From positions 160,001-224,000 of the forward strand of contig CAWBNQ010000005.1 in the NCBI GenBank assembly GCA_963790205.1: 64,000 nt of DNA, given 5' to 3'. Made by a program: the position numbers and the translations under genes. Of this stretch, positions 39,672-48,550 are shown one piece after another (the first letter of the stretch is position 1; the number at the start of each line of letters is the position of its first letter). The stretch comes from Nitrospirota bacterium. Lineage in GTDB: Bacteria > Nitrospirota > UBA9217. Under the pieces are notes generated by a model. It made no database searches. It was not told the origin of the DNA and was given only the letters and a program-made list of their open reading frames with translations.

Positions 39672-40568
39672 TTATTTCTCTTTGTCCTCGGCCCGGGTCA
39701 CGATCCAGAAGACAAAGCCGATGACGAGGATGGCGGCGATGAGGTAGTAAATGGACTCCGGGTTTTCATGTTTCAACGTTGCGATCATGGTCTCCCGGAT
39801 CATGGTCACGAGGGCCACGCCCACGAACACGCTGATATGGAACTTGCCGCCCTTGAGGTGGGATATTTCGGTGTTCATGAGTTCGATCATGAGCCAGAGC
39901 AACAGCATGGACCCCAGGGCGGAGATGATGCCCCGCTCCACGTCGCCGGAGAAGAGGTGCAGCACGTCCTGCACGAAGAGCCACACAACGCCCAGCGTGA
40001 GGCCGATGAGCGCGACGACGAGCAGGAGGTTGGTGGTCTGGGAGAACCATTCGGAAAAATTGATCAGTGCGCTCCTTACCTTATAAACGGGCGAAAAGGT
40101 CCTTAACTCCTCTTCGAGGTAGGAGGTCGTGATGACGTCGAGGCTGATGTCGAGGATCTTGCCGACGGAGATGATCTGGTTGGTCGCCTCCACTTTGTCC
40201 GCTTCCTGTTTCTGCAGGAGGCCGATGCAGGCGTTCTTGACGAGGTTGACGGCCCTGTTCATATAGTGGGTATCAACGTTGTGCTTTACGTGGGCGGAGC
40301 CGATGCGGATAAGCTTTTCATAGTACCGGTTGTCGTACTTTCCCGAAAAAAGATCGATGAACCATTCGCGCTGGGACCCGAAGACGTGCTTTTTCCTCGA
40401 TTCCTCGGTAAAGAACTGAGCAGCCCCCTTGGTCCCCATGATCCAGAGGCCGAGCGTGCTCATAATCTCGTCGGCGTGTTCTTCCATGAGCGGCCGCAGG
40501 CCCGCGAGACGCTGTTCGTCCTCTTCGGCAAACCGGTAATCGTGCTTGATCTCCCTGAACGATCTCAT
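39672..40568 (-). CDS. Protoglobin/sensor globin fused to a PsiE-like membrane domain
   Basis: Globin segment WFIDLFSGKYD..YYEKL.RIG.AH..; KILDI.LDVI; C-terminal 4 TMs with IEL and IRE motifs. Confidence 0.8.
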   Translation of the reverse strand: MRSFREIKHDYRFAEEDEQRLAGLRPLMEEHADEIMSTLGLWIMGTKGAAQFFTEESRKKHVFGSQREWFIDLFSGKYDNRYYEKLIRIGSAHVKHNVDTHYMNRAVNLVKNACIGLLQKQEADKVEATNQIISVGKILDISLDVITTSYLEEELRTFSPVYKVRSALINFSEWFSQTTNLLLVVALIGLTLGVVWLFVQDVLHLFSGDVERGIISALGSMLLLWLMIELMNTEISHLKGGKFHISVFVGVALVTMIRETMIATLKHENPESIYYLIAAILVIGFVFWIVTRAEDKEK

Positions 40569-40644
40569 TGAGATTATATCCTCCTCTTAATTGTAGCACA
40601 GGAAAAAACCGTTCCCCGGGTACTCGGCAGTGCCGGCAGGCCGT

Positions 40645-41736
40645 TCAAAACACGTTCATTACCGCCGTTCCGTCCGCCACCAGGACTGCTTTTATCGCGT
40701 TCGTCGTTATCCCGACGGAAACAAGCCGAAGGTCGCGAATTTCCCCTCTGATGTTCATGTGCTGGTTTAAATTGCGGTTCAGCGCGCGGGAGAGGAGACC
40801 TTTTTCAGCGTCGATCCTGTCCCCGATAAACCACGCTGCCCGGTCCGCGAGACCCTCCCGAAGCCTGGTGTGCAGCAGCCAGTCGGCGGCTTGTATGAGG
40901 ACCTGTTTCGTTTCAACCGTATATTCCGGATTTCGCACCATGAAGGACCGCGTCGTCTCGTCGTATGCCGGCACGCCGGTCAGGTAAACAGTGCCTTTGA
41001 CCGTCCCTTTGACGCTTACCGCCATGACGATCGAACCGCCGGAGCCATACAGCCTCACTTTTTCAATGACGACGGTTTCACCCGGCGCGGAATAAGTTCT
41101 TCCTTCCAGTTTTTTCGTCAGCTCTTTTCCAAGAAAATCGAAGGACAGCTCGCTCTCGAGCGCAATATGAAAACCCGTTTCGGGCGGTACAGCGGTCATT
41201 GTTATCTCGGGAAGCGATTGCGCGGTCATGGGAACTGCCGTAACCGGAACAATCTTCGGCTTGAGATCAAATCCCACGACAACCGTCACCATATCGTCCG
41301 GCTTCGCCGGAGGTGAAACGTGGACCGCCTGGGGATTGAGCAGGAGAACAAGAGTATCCTCCAGCCTGATCGGCGCCTGCAGGGATTCCCAGACCCTGGC
41401 TGCTTGTTGCCGCAGATAGCGGTTTTGCGCGAGATTATTATCTTTCTTTGACGCCTGCCTCCTGAGAAAATCCTGAATTTTCCCCGCGATGACGTTCTCC
41501 CGCCCCGTCCCGGCAGGTCCGGTATCTTTCGATAACAACTGGCCAAGATCGTCGAGGATTGATTTTACTGAAACCGTAATCGGCATGTTAATAGTGGATT
41601 TTTCAATGACCGGCTCAGCAATCGGCGTTGCGAAAGCTTCCGGGGCGGGAATGGTGAAGCGGGCGCACCCGTACATCAATGAACCGAACAAATACAGACC
41701 GACCACGGTTAACGTGCGTTTGGTATGGGTGAACAT
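40645..41736 (-). CDS. DUF4403-like lipoprotein
   Basis: Lipobox-like YGC; W..LQ.PI, LLLNPQ, GTVYLTGVPAYD, AADWLLH. Confidence 0.7.
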   Translation of the reverse strand: MFTHTKRTLTVVGLYLFGSLMYGCARFTIPAPEAFATPIAEPVIEKSTINMPITVSVKSILDDLGQLLSKDTGPAGTGRENVIAGKIQDFLRRQASKKDNNLAQNRYLRQQAARVWESLQAPIRLEDTLVLLLNPQAVHVSPPAKPDDMVTVVVGFDLKPKIVPVTAVPMTAQSLPEITMTAVPPETGFHIALESELSFDFLGKELTKKLEGRTYSAPGETVVIEKVRLYGSGGSIVMAVSVKGTVKGTVYLTGVPAYDETTRSFMVRNPEYTVETKQVLIQAADWLLHTRLREGLADRAAWFIGDRIDAEKGLLSRALNRNLNQHMNIRGEIRDLRLVSVGITTNAIKAVLVADGTAVMNVF

Positions 41737-41901
41737 GGTGTTTTCTTGCCAGGGAGTATTTCGACGATACGGTGAATTGAGAACCGCCGGCGCACGGCGA
41801 CTTTTCAGCGCATGATAACATTATAGCAGCCTTTTATCGGTTCAAATGTGTGAAGCGGCGGGTCAAGACAATTCAGAATATTTTGCGCCGATACCCTCAA
41901 A

Positions 41902-41919
41902 ATACCCCGCCCGGGGTAT
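41902..41919. promoter_or_regulatory. CsoR/RcnR-like operator palindrome
   Basis: ATACCCC-GCCC-GGGGTAT in a divergent intergenic region. Confidence 0.5.
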
Positions 41920-42018
41920 GGATTTCCCCTTTGAATAATAGTATCATCGAACCATAAAAAAAGGTGTAGACAGCAATCAATTGCCGTCTATCGAACGTCA
42001 CAGGGGGGATGGTACACG

Positions 42019-42192
42019 ATGCCGCTGTTATTACAGGATGTTTTTCGCGAGGCGATCGACAAGACCAAGCAGCTCGGGATGTGGGAAAAACTGACTATCA
42101 AGCAAAGAGAAGCGCTGGTGAGCAAATATCTTCTGGAATACTACAACAAAAAGCGCAGCCCCTTGAAAGCCGCTGTAACCGCCGGCTACTGA
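42019..42192 (+). CDS. Small hypothetical protein, 57 aa (below the ORF-track cutoff)
   Basis: GGGGGA RBS; MPLLLQDVFREAIDKTKQLGMWEKLTIKQREALVSKYLLEYYNKKRSPLKAAVTAGY. Confidence 0.6.
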   Translation: MPLLLQDVFREAIDKTKQLGMWEKLTIKQREALVSKYLLEYYNKKRSPLKAAVTAGY

Positions 42193-42283
42193 CGTCGCGG
42201 GTCCAGTCTCTTCTCCCTGCACTCCTCGGGTCTTCGGCACGCTGCATCCTCATTCCACTGTTTAACGAAACAAGGACCCCCTA

Positions 42284-42613
42284 TCAGTTTCCAGCGACGT
42301 CGTTTGCGGCGCCTTCCTGCGCGCTTTTGCGCCCGATGAGACCGCGGAACCCGTATTTTCCGGTAAGGTATCCGGCATGGTCGCGACGCTGGCCCATGCG
42401 GCCGAAGAGCACGCGGCTCAGGAGCAGCAACCCGATGCCCTGAAGATAGGTGATCGTCCTGAGTCCGAAAATGGCTGGCATCAGCCAGTTCCAGAGCAGT
42501 TGTACAAAGAAGCCAAGTGCCAGGACGAACGCGAGGACAATGGCTATCCCCCACACAACGTGCCTGACGCCCCGTTTTTCGCTCCCCGTTGCGTCATTCT
42601 GTTTCTCGGACAT
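42284..42613 (-). CDS. Small membrane hypothetical protein
   Basis: AAGGAGG RBS; LWNWLMP.IFGL..ITY.Q..GL..L.R.LFG pattern. Confidence 0.8.
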   Translation of the reverse strand: MSEKQNDATGSEKRGVRHVVWGIAIVLAFVLALGFFVQLLWNWLMPAIFGLRTITYLQGIGLLLLSRVLFGRMGQRRDHAGYLTGKYGFRGLIGRKSAQEGAANDVAGN

Positions 42614-42755
42614 GGTTTTTCCTCCTTTTGAAATCCGGGTTCAATTACCTGTCGAGGGACTCATGAAGCGGTCCTTCGTTGTTTATCGAGCACGAGCGAT
42701 GCCGAACGGCCGCGGACCTGAGATTGTAGGATGAGCTCATTAACGAAACGGGAGA

Positions 42756-43406
42756 TCATTTTTCCCTGACCCCTTCGATCAGCATATAGGTGTCATGTTT
42801 CACATAGCGCGTTCCCGTCACCTTCAAATCCGGATTGTTCCGGACATGAACCAGCGTGTTCCGGTCGAACCGCGCTCCGTACACTTTTTCAACGAAGGGC
42901 GTGAAGAGGTCCTGCCGCTTTCTCAGCTTGGGACTGTCCGAATACCTCATCTCCAGGAGGCGGAACCCGCCGCCTGGTTTTAATACGCGGGCAAACTCCG
43001 CGAGCGCCTGCTCCTGCAGCTCCTCGGGCAGGACGCAGCAGAGAAAGAACGCCACTACCCAGTCGCGGCTGCCCGACGGGACGGATTCCATCCTGCAGGC
43101 GTCTTCATGGACGAAACGGACGGGACAGGACGCTTCCCTGCGCCGTTTCGCAGCTTTCCTGAGCATGGCGGGACTGAAATCCAGGGCAGTCAGGTTTACC
43201 CCGGGCTGGTAATATTTCAGGTTTCTGCCGGTCCCGATCCCCGCCTCCAGCACCTCGCCCTTCAGGTCGGCCAGCAGCCCGGGCCTCCATCTCCGGTATT
43301 GGAGTTCCCAGGGAAAATCCAGGATATCGTAGAACCAGGCGGTGAAGGCATAGCGTTTCCGGTTCAGCAGATTCAGTTCGTGCAGAGTGAGTTTTTTTGA
43401 GTTCAT
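42756..43406 (-). CDS. Class I SAM-dependent methyltransferase
   Basis: VLEAGIGTGRN, DFSPAML, FLCCV, RVLKPGG. Confidence 0.88.
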   Translation of the reverse strand: MNSKKLTLHELNLLNRKRYAFTAWFYDILDFPWELQYRRWRPGLLADLKGEVLEAGIGTGRNLKYYQPGVNLTALDFSPAMLRKAAKRRREASCPVRFVHEDACRMESVPSGSRDWVVAFFLCCVLPEELQEQALAEFARVLKPGGGFRLLEMRYSDSPKLRKRQDLFTPFVEKVYGARFDRNTLVHVRNNPDLKVTGTRYVKHDTYMLIEGVREK

Positions 43407-43482
43407 GGGAGCATTGCGATATTATACATTATACAGCGCTGAGGTGAATAAAAAAACACCACTCCTTTATAGCAGAATGAAT

Positions 43483-44316
43483 TCACTTCGGCACGTCCCG
43501 GAGAATGCTCTTGATATCTCTATTATCGTATTGTTCCCTTCTCCATCGGTACGGCAGATCGATGATCGTACCCGGCTCCTGTATGACGTACAAAGCGCGC
43601 AATGCTTCCGCCAGTACGACCCGCTGCTGCGCTGTTTTGAACGGCTCGCCCAACGGATGGCCGAAAGGCCATCTCAAAAAAACGGTCCTCGGCGGCCTCA
43701 CCTTCTCCGAATATTGCCGCACGATCGAGACGCCGATCGTGGGGATCCCTGATTTTTCAATTTCCCGCTGTATCAATCCCACGGATTGATTGCAGATGCC
43801 TCATCCGGGAGTAAGCAGGACGATATCGACGCAGTCGTTTTTCAACGCTCGTGCGATCTCGGGCGCGTTCCTATCGACCAGTGTCGGGATGTGCCTGCCT
43901 ACTATGTGTCCCATGAAACTGTAATGACGGCCTGCGACACGCCCAATGAGCCCTTCCTGTTCGAATTCCCTCAGTCTTTCCACGGGAAAAACGATGTTGA
44001 TGTCCTTATCGGCATCGGCATGATCATAGTAATCGTGGGTGATCATCAGGTCCGAGGCCGGCCTTCCCAGGTCGATGGCCCGATAAGACGGATCGCCCTC
44101 GTGGTCTTTCATGTCGAAAGGTTCCTGGTCTTTTTGATGAACCCCCGCCGTTGTCACGACCGCGATTGTTGATTCAGAGAGGGCCTTTGTTACCGGGGTC
44201 CAGGGAACATCAAGGGATTGCCGCGGATCGTAGGCGGCAATGAATCTCTTTGCGAGCGAGGGGAAGCGGGTAATAACTTTTGAGATCAGTTTATTTTTTA
44301 GTCTGTCGATGCTCAT
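43483..44316 (-). CDS. PrdB/GrdB-family selenoprotein B (UxxC), 277 aa with Sec172
   Basis: The two track ORFs are in frame across TGA 43801-43803: LLTPG-U-GICNQSVGLIQREIEKSGIPT. Family motifs VTTAGVH, DINIVFP, PFGHPLG. A hairpin follows the TGA. Confidence 0.88.
43768..43795 (-). promoter_or_regulatory. Putative bacterial SECIS hairpin
   Basis: ATCAATCC-GTG-GGATTGAT perfect stem; loop starts 18 nt after the UGA. Confidence 0.72.
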
Positions 44317-44497
44317 GCGTCATGATTTCCCCTAAGGAACGGTTGAACAGTTGGAATATACACTATTTTGGTTTATCTGAAAAGCATACGTTAGCATCCG
44401 GGCGGAGCGGCATGGCAAATCCCCTCGACGTTTTCGGCTGGGAGTAAGGTATTGAATGCAGCGATGCAAACTGATAAGCGCGGCCACGAGGGGCAAT

Positions 44498-44824
44498 CTA
44501 TGGCTCTCTCTCCAGGGAATATCCGGTCTTCTTCCACCCCTCGACGCCGCCTGCGAGGACCTTTACGTTCTTGAATCCTTTCTCGGCATATTCCACTGCC
44601 CGACGGGCAGCGCTCGCCTCCTGAGGTCAGGCGCAGTAGAAGATTATCTCTTGTTCCTTCGGCAGCGAAACGGCCCTGTTCTTAAACTCGCTGAACGAGA
44701 GAGCACCTTCGAGGTGCATTCTCTTAAACTTATCCTCGTCGTCATAAGCGCAGACAAAAAGGGCCGTCTTGGTCAGGACTTTTTTTCTTGCTTCTTCCGG
44801 CGGAATTCTTATCGGCTCGGTCAT
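44498..44824 (-). CDS. Rhodanese-like selenoprotein (CxU), 108 aa with Sec66
   Basis: IIFYCA-TGA-PQEASAARRAVEYAEKGFKNVKVLAGGVEGWKKTGY. The rhodanese fold is complete only with readthrough of TGA 44627-44629. Confidence 0.88.
44594..44612 (-). promoter_or_regulatory. Putative bacterial SECIS hairpin
   Basis: CGCTGCCC-GTC-GGGCAGTG stem (one G-U pair); loop starts 22 nt after the UGA. Confidence 0.72.
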
Positions 44825-44891
44825 TTTCCCTCTCCAATTAAAAAAAGGAATGCACGCATTCGCGCGCATTCCCCGGAATCGCGAAAGGTCT

Positions 44892-46211
44892 TTACGCTCT
44901 GGCCTTTGCCAGTCTGAAAAAATCAATGAGGAACATCACCACTCCGGCGGCAAATCCCCACGCTGATACCCAGAACACGGCGTACCACAGCTTCATATAT
45001 CCCTGCGTCGTGAGGTAGTCCATGCCGAGCACCCTCTGGAAATAGACCTGGACGATGCCGGCGATGGCAAGGGAGAGCGCCATCAGCGCCATAAAGGAGC
45101 ACATGAACCAGAAGGCCTTGGTCCCGAGCGACTGCCTGAAGGTCGTGAGTCCTTTTAATTGCGGCATGACGAAATAGATCAGCGTGAGATTCAGCATGGC
45201 ATAGGCGCCGAAGAATGCGAAATGCCCGTGCGAGGCCGTCACCTGCGTGCCGTGGGTCCATTGGTTGATCTGCGGGAGCGTATGGGCGAAGCCCCAGACG
45301 CCGGCGCCGAAAAAGTGCATGACCGCGCACCCGACCGCCCAGGACAAGGCGACCTTGTTCGTGATCTCCAGTTTCCGTTCCCGCACCACGCGAAGCGTGT
45401 CGATCACCATAAAGAGGATGGGAAGCGGTTCAAAAGCACTGAAGATCCCGCCCCACCAGAGCCAGTAGTTCGGCGTGCCGATCCAGTAATAGTGATGCCC
45501 CGTGCCCACGATGCCCGTGAACAGCACGAGGCCCACCTCGACATAGAGCCACTTCTCGACCAGCGCCCGGTCAACGCCCGTTAGTTTCATGAGCATAAAG
45601 GCCATGATCGCGCCGGTGACAAGCTCCCATGCTCCTTCCACCCAGAGGTGTATCACCCACCACCACCAGAAGTACTGGGTTGCCAGGTTCTTCATGAAGA
45701 AAACGCCGAAGAGGAACATGCCCGCGAGCATGACCAAGCCTCCCAGGAGGACCCCCTGGATCACGGTCCATTTTTTTGTCTTCATCATGGTCATGAAGAT
45801 GTTGTAGAGAAAGATCAAAGCGACAAGTACGATGCCGAATTTAAGGATTGTCGGCTGCTCCAGGAAGGGCATGCCCCACGTCCAGCCAAGGAAGTAGCCC
45901 ACGATGGCCGCGACGCCGATAAGCGCGAACAGGATGAGTTGGAAGTTCGCCAGCTTCTTGCTGTAGATCTCGGTCTGCGCCTCTTCCGGGACAAGGTAGT
46001 ACGTCCCTCCCATGAACCCGAAGAGAAGCCAGACCACGAGAAGGTTTATGTGGATGGCCCGCGCGGTGTTGAACGGCAGGATATTGATGAGCGGGTCATA
46101 GTCCCATACGTACTTGGCGCCCATGATCAGGCCGAAGACGACCTGGAGCCCGAAGAGCAGCGCCGCGACGATAAAGTAGTTTAACGCGATCTTCTGTGAT
46201 TCGTATTTCAT
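44892..46211 (-). CDS. norB: Nitric oxide reductase large subunit (cNOR)
   Basis: ARAIHINL, WWWVIHLWVEGAWEL, GTGHHYYW, SAFEP, HTLP.IN.WTHGTQ.TASHGH.AFFG. Confidence 0.95.
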   Translation of the reverse strand: MKYESQKIALNYFIVAALLFGLQVVFGLIMGAKYVWDYDPLINILPFNTARAIHINLLVVWLLFGFMGGTYYLVPEEAQTEIYSKKLANFQLILFALIGVAAIVGYFLGWTWGMPFLEQPTILKFGIVLVALIFLYNIFMTMMKTKKWTVIQGVLLGGLVMLAGMFLFGVFFMKNLATQYFWWWWVIHLWVEGAWELVTGAIMAFMLMKLTGVDRALVEKWLYVEVGLVLFTGIVGTGHHYYWIGTPNYWLWWGGIFSAFEPLPILFMVIDTLRVVRERKLEITNKVALSWAVGCAVMHFFGAGVWGFAHTLPQINQWTHGTQVTASHGHFAFFGAYAMLNLTLIYFVMPQLKGLTTFRQSLGTKAFWFMCSFMALMALSLAIAGIVQVYFQRVLGMDYLTTQGYMKLWYAVFWVSAWGFAAGVVMFLIDFFRLAKARA

Positions 46212-46222
46212 CTCATTCCTCC

Positions 46223-46895
46223 TTATCGCAGTCCTGCGAGATAGTGCGCAAGGTCGTCAACGTCCTTTTTGGAAAGCCTCGAAAAGCTCCGGCATAATGG
46301 ACTGAGGGTTGTGCGATTTCGGGTTCCTGAGCTGCGCCTCGATCCATTCGGTGTCGCGTCTTCTGCCGACCTGGGACAGGTCGGGCCCTACTTTGCCGCC
46401 CACGCCGGCGATCATGTGGCATGCGGAGCACCCCTGGGCCTTATAGACCGCCTCGCCCGGGGTGACGGAGGTCACTGCCGACGCCACCATGGGTTTCGGG
46501 GGCCAGTTGTTCGTGTCGATGCCGTTCACCCAGGTGAGGAACGCGACGAGATCGGCGATCTCTTCGTCCTTGAGACCGAGGTTCGGCATCTTTCTCGCAT
46601 TCGGCCAGACCTTCTCCGGGTCCTTCAGGAACCTCGCGACCCATTCGTTGTCCCGGTAGCTCATGACCTTGGTGACGTCGGGGGCGTAGTAGCCGCCGAT
46701 GCCGAGGATCGTGTGGCAGTCGTTGCAGTTATGCTTCTGCCACACCCACTTGCCCGCCGCAACCTGTGCGTCCAGCTTTTCTTCGTGCGTTCTCTGCGGC
46801 ATCTTCACCAGAGAATCATACGTGAGGACAAGAAAGATTATCGCCGATATCGCGGTGCCCCAGATAAAAATTGCCTTCCCCTGTGCGAGTGTCAT
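46223..46895 (-). CDS. norC: NorC with an extra C-terminal cytochrome c domain; 1-nt frameshift near the 3' end
   Basis: TM anchor, CNDCH..GIGGYYAPD, MP; second CSACH..GPDL..IMP. Removing one G at about 46290 gives MPSFSRLSKKDVDDLAHYLAGLR* ending beside the norB RBS. Confidence 0.85.
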
Positions 46896-46975
46896 TGCTT
46901 CTCCCTTCTTCAATGATATGATTATCCTGTCCAAGGACTGCAATAAATACTTTTACAGGCATTAGGGCTCATGCA

Positions 46976-47134
46976 TCAGACCTTTTCGAACATGTCCTTG
47001 CCTGCGCCGCAGACCGGGCATACCCATCCATCGGGTATCTTTTCGAATGGCGTCCCCGGCGCAATGCCCCCGTCCGGGTCTCCTGTTGCGGGATCATAGA
47101 TCCAGTCGCATACCGTGCACTTCCACTTGTCCAT
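46976..47134 (-). CDS. Rubredoxin
   Basis: [26 protein letters not shown]...WVCPVCG; GGAGG RBS. Confidence 0.95.
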   Translation of the reverse strand: MDKWKCTVCDWIYDPATGDPDGGIAPGTPFEKIPDGWVCPVCGAGKDMFEKV

Positions 47135-47272
47135 GAAACCTCCGAAAAAAAACAATTGATTTCTATATAGATAGATTATGGCCAGTAAAGGCCCAAGCAG
47201 GAAATTCAAGGAACGAACAACATCGTAGTATTTCCAACTATAGCACAAGAAATAGGCAGTTTGTTGGGCGAT

Positions 47273-48373
47273 TTACTCCAGCGTCGTGTGAAACCGCCGG
47301 AAGCTGGCAACGACGCTTACCACCGCTATGATCGCCAGATACACGATATGGGTGACGACATAATTCGCTTCTCCGCCCTTCAGCATGATGTTGCGAAGAA
47401 GGCCCATGAAGTGCGCGAGCGGGTCGAAGAAGGAAAGCCATCGGAGGGCGGCAGGCATGTTTTCGAGAGGGAACATCATTCCCGAGAACATGATCATCGG
47501 GAAGATGAACAGGAACCCGGCAAGGGTCGCCTGCTGCTGGTTCTTGCAGTAAGTGGAAATCAGGGTCCCCAGGGCCACGGCCGTACAGACAAAGGCGAAG
47601 GACGCGATGAACAAGGCAATCAAAGATCCCCGCATCGGAATATGGAACGCGAATATTGCCACTCCCAGGATCAACGGCACGTTGGACATTCCAAGAAGCA
47701 CATAGGGGATCGTCTTGCCGTATATGACCTCTGACCGCGACACGGGCGCTGAGATCAGCATCTCGAACGTCCCCATCTCCTTTTCCCTCACAATGGCTAT
47801 ATTGGTCAACACCATCGTCGACATAAGCATGAGCATGCACATTACGCCGGGAACCAGAAAGACCGAGGTTTCGAGCGATGGGTTGAAGAGCACGCGCGTG
47901 CTGATCTGAATCGGCGGAGTGGACGGAGTGAGCTCAAGTTCGTCCTTGACCGTTTGCTGGACGATGTTTTGCAGATACGCTTCTATGGACTGCGCCTGGA
48001 CCACGTTTACGGCATTCACGAGCAGCTGCAGCTTCGCGTCCCCGCGGCCGAGCGCGCGTGTGAACCCTCCGGGGGGCGGAACGAGCACGGCATCGGCGTC
48101 GTCCGCTTCGATCATGGTAAAGGGGTCCTGTTCTTTGCTTCTCGCCGGGACAAACCACTTTCCGGCAATGCTCCGTTCGTAGATATCGCGCAGGACTGTG
48201 TCTTTGGAATCAAACACCGCCGCGAGCCTGATGTTCTTGACCTCGTTCGAAAGGGCGACGCCGAAGAGCGTAAGCTGGACCACCGGCATCACGAAGAGCA
48301 TCACGCGCATTCTGGGATCACGGAGGGTCTGGACCAGTTCCTTTTTTATGAATCCGATGAGCGTTTTATTCAT
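47273..48373 (-). CDS. ABC-2 permease (YbhR-like)
   Basis: KKELVQTLRD, FNP.L, VPG, IVREKEMGTFE, FSGM.FP.ENMP. Confidence 0.9.
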   Translation of the reverse strand: MNKTLIGFIKKELVQTLRDPRMRVMLFVMPVVQLTLFGVALSNEVKNIRLAAVFDSKDTVLRDIYERSIAGKWFVPARSKEQDPFTMIEADDADAVLVPPPGGFTRALGRGDAKLQLLVNAVNVVQAQSIEAYLQNIVQQTVKDELELTPSTPPIQISTRVLFNPSLETSVFLVPGVMCMLMLMSTMVLTNIAIVREKEMGTFEMLISAPVSRSEVIYGKTIPYVLLGMSNVPLILGVAIFAFHIPMRGSLIALFIASFAFVCTAVALGTLISTYCKNQQQATLAGFLFIFPMIMFSGMMFPLENMPAALRWLSFFDPLAHFMGLLRNIMLKGGEANYVVTHIVYLAIIAVVSVVASFRRFHTTLE

Positions 48374-48385
48374 GACATATTTTCC

Positions 48386-48526
48386 AACCCGGACAAGCCG
48401 GAGCCAAAAGACAAAATCTAAAAGGCGTCTCTCGCAAAGCCGCAAAGGACGCAAGGGAAATCATTAAGTCCTGGCTTTTAACCCGAATGATTTGCTTTTC
48501 TTTGCGAGCTTGGCGCCTTTGCGAGA
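48386..48526. repeat. 9-nt-periodic palindromic element with flanking CCGGACAAGCCGGAGCCAAAAG motif
   Basis: TCTCGCAAAGCCGCAAAGGACGCAAG ... CTTTGCGAGCTTGGCGCCTTTGCGAGA. Confidence 0.75.
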
Positions 48527-48550
48527 TAACGGTTCTTTTGATTTTCTCAT

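Noticed and set aside
43483..43782. Separate 99 aa gene, or a nonsense pseudogene
   Set aside because: It is in frame with the upstream ORF across a UxxC TGA followed by a hairpin; Sec readthrough explains it better.
46896..47260. FNR/DNR/NsrR boxes upstream of norC or rubredoxin
   Set aside because: Only half-sites (e.g. TTGAT near 47156); no complete TTGAT-N4-ATCAA.
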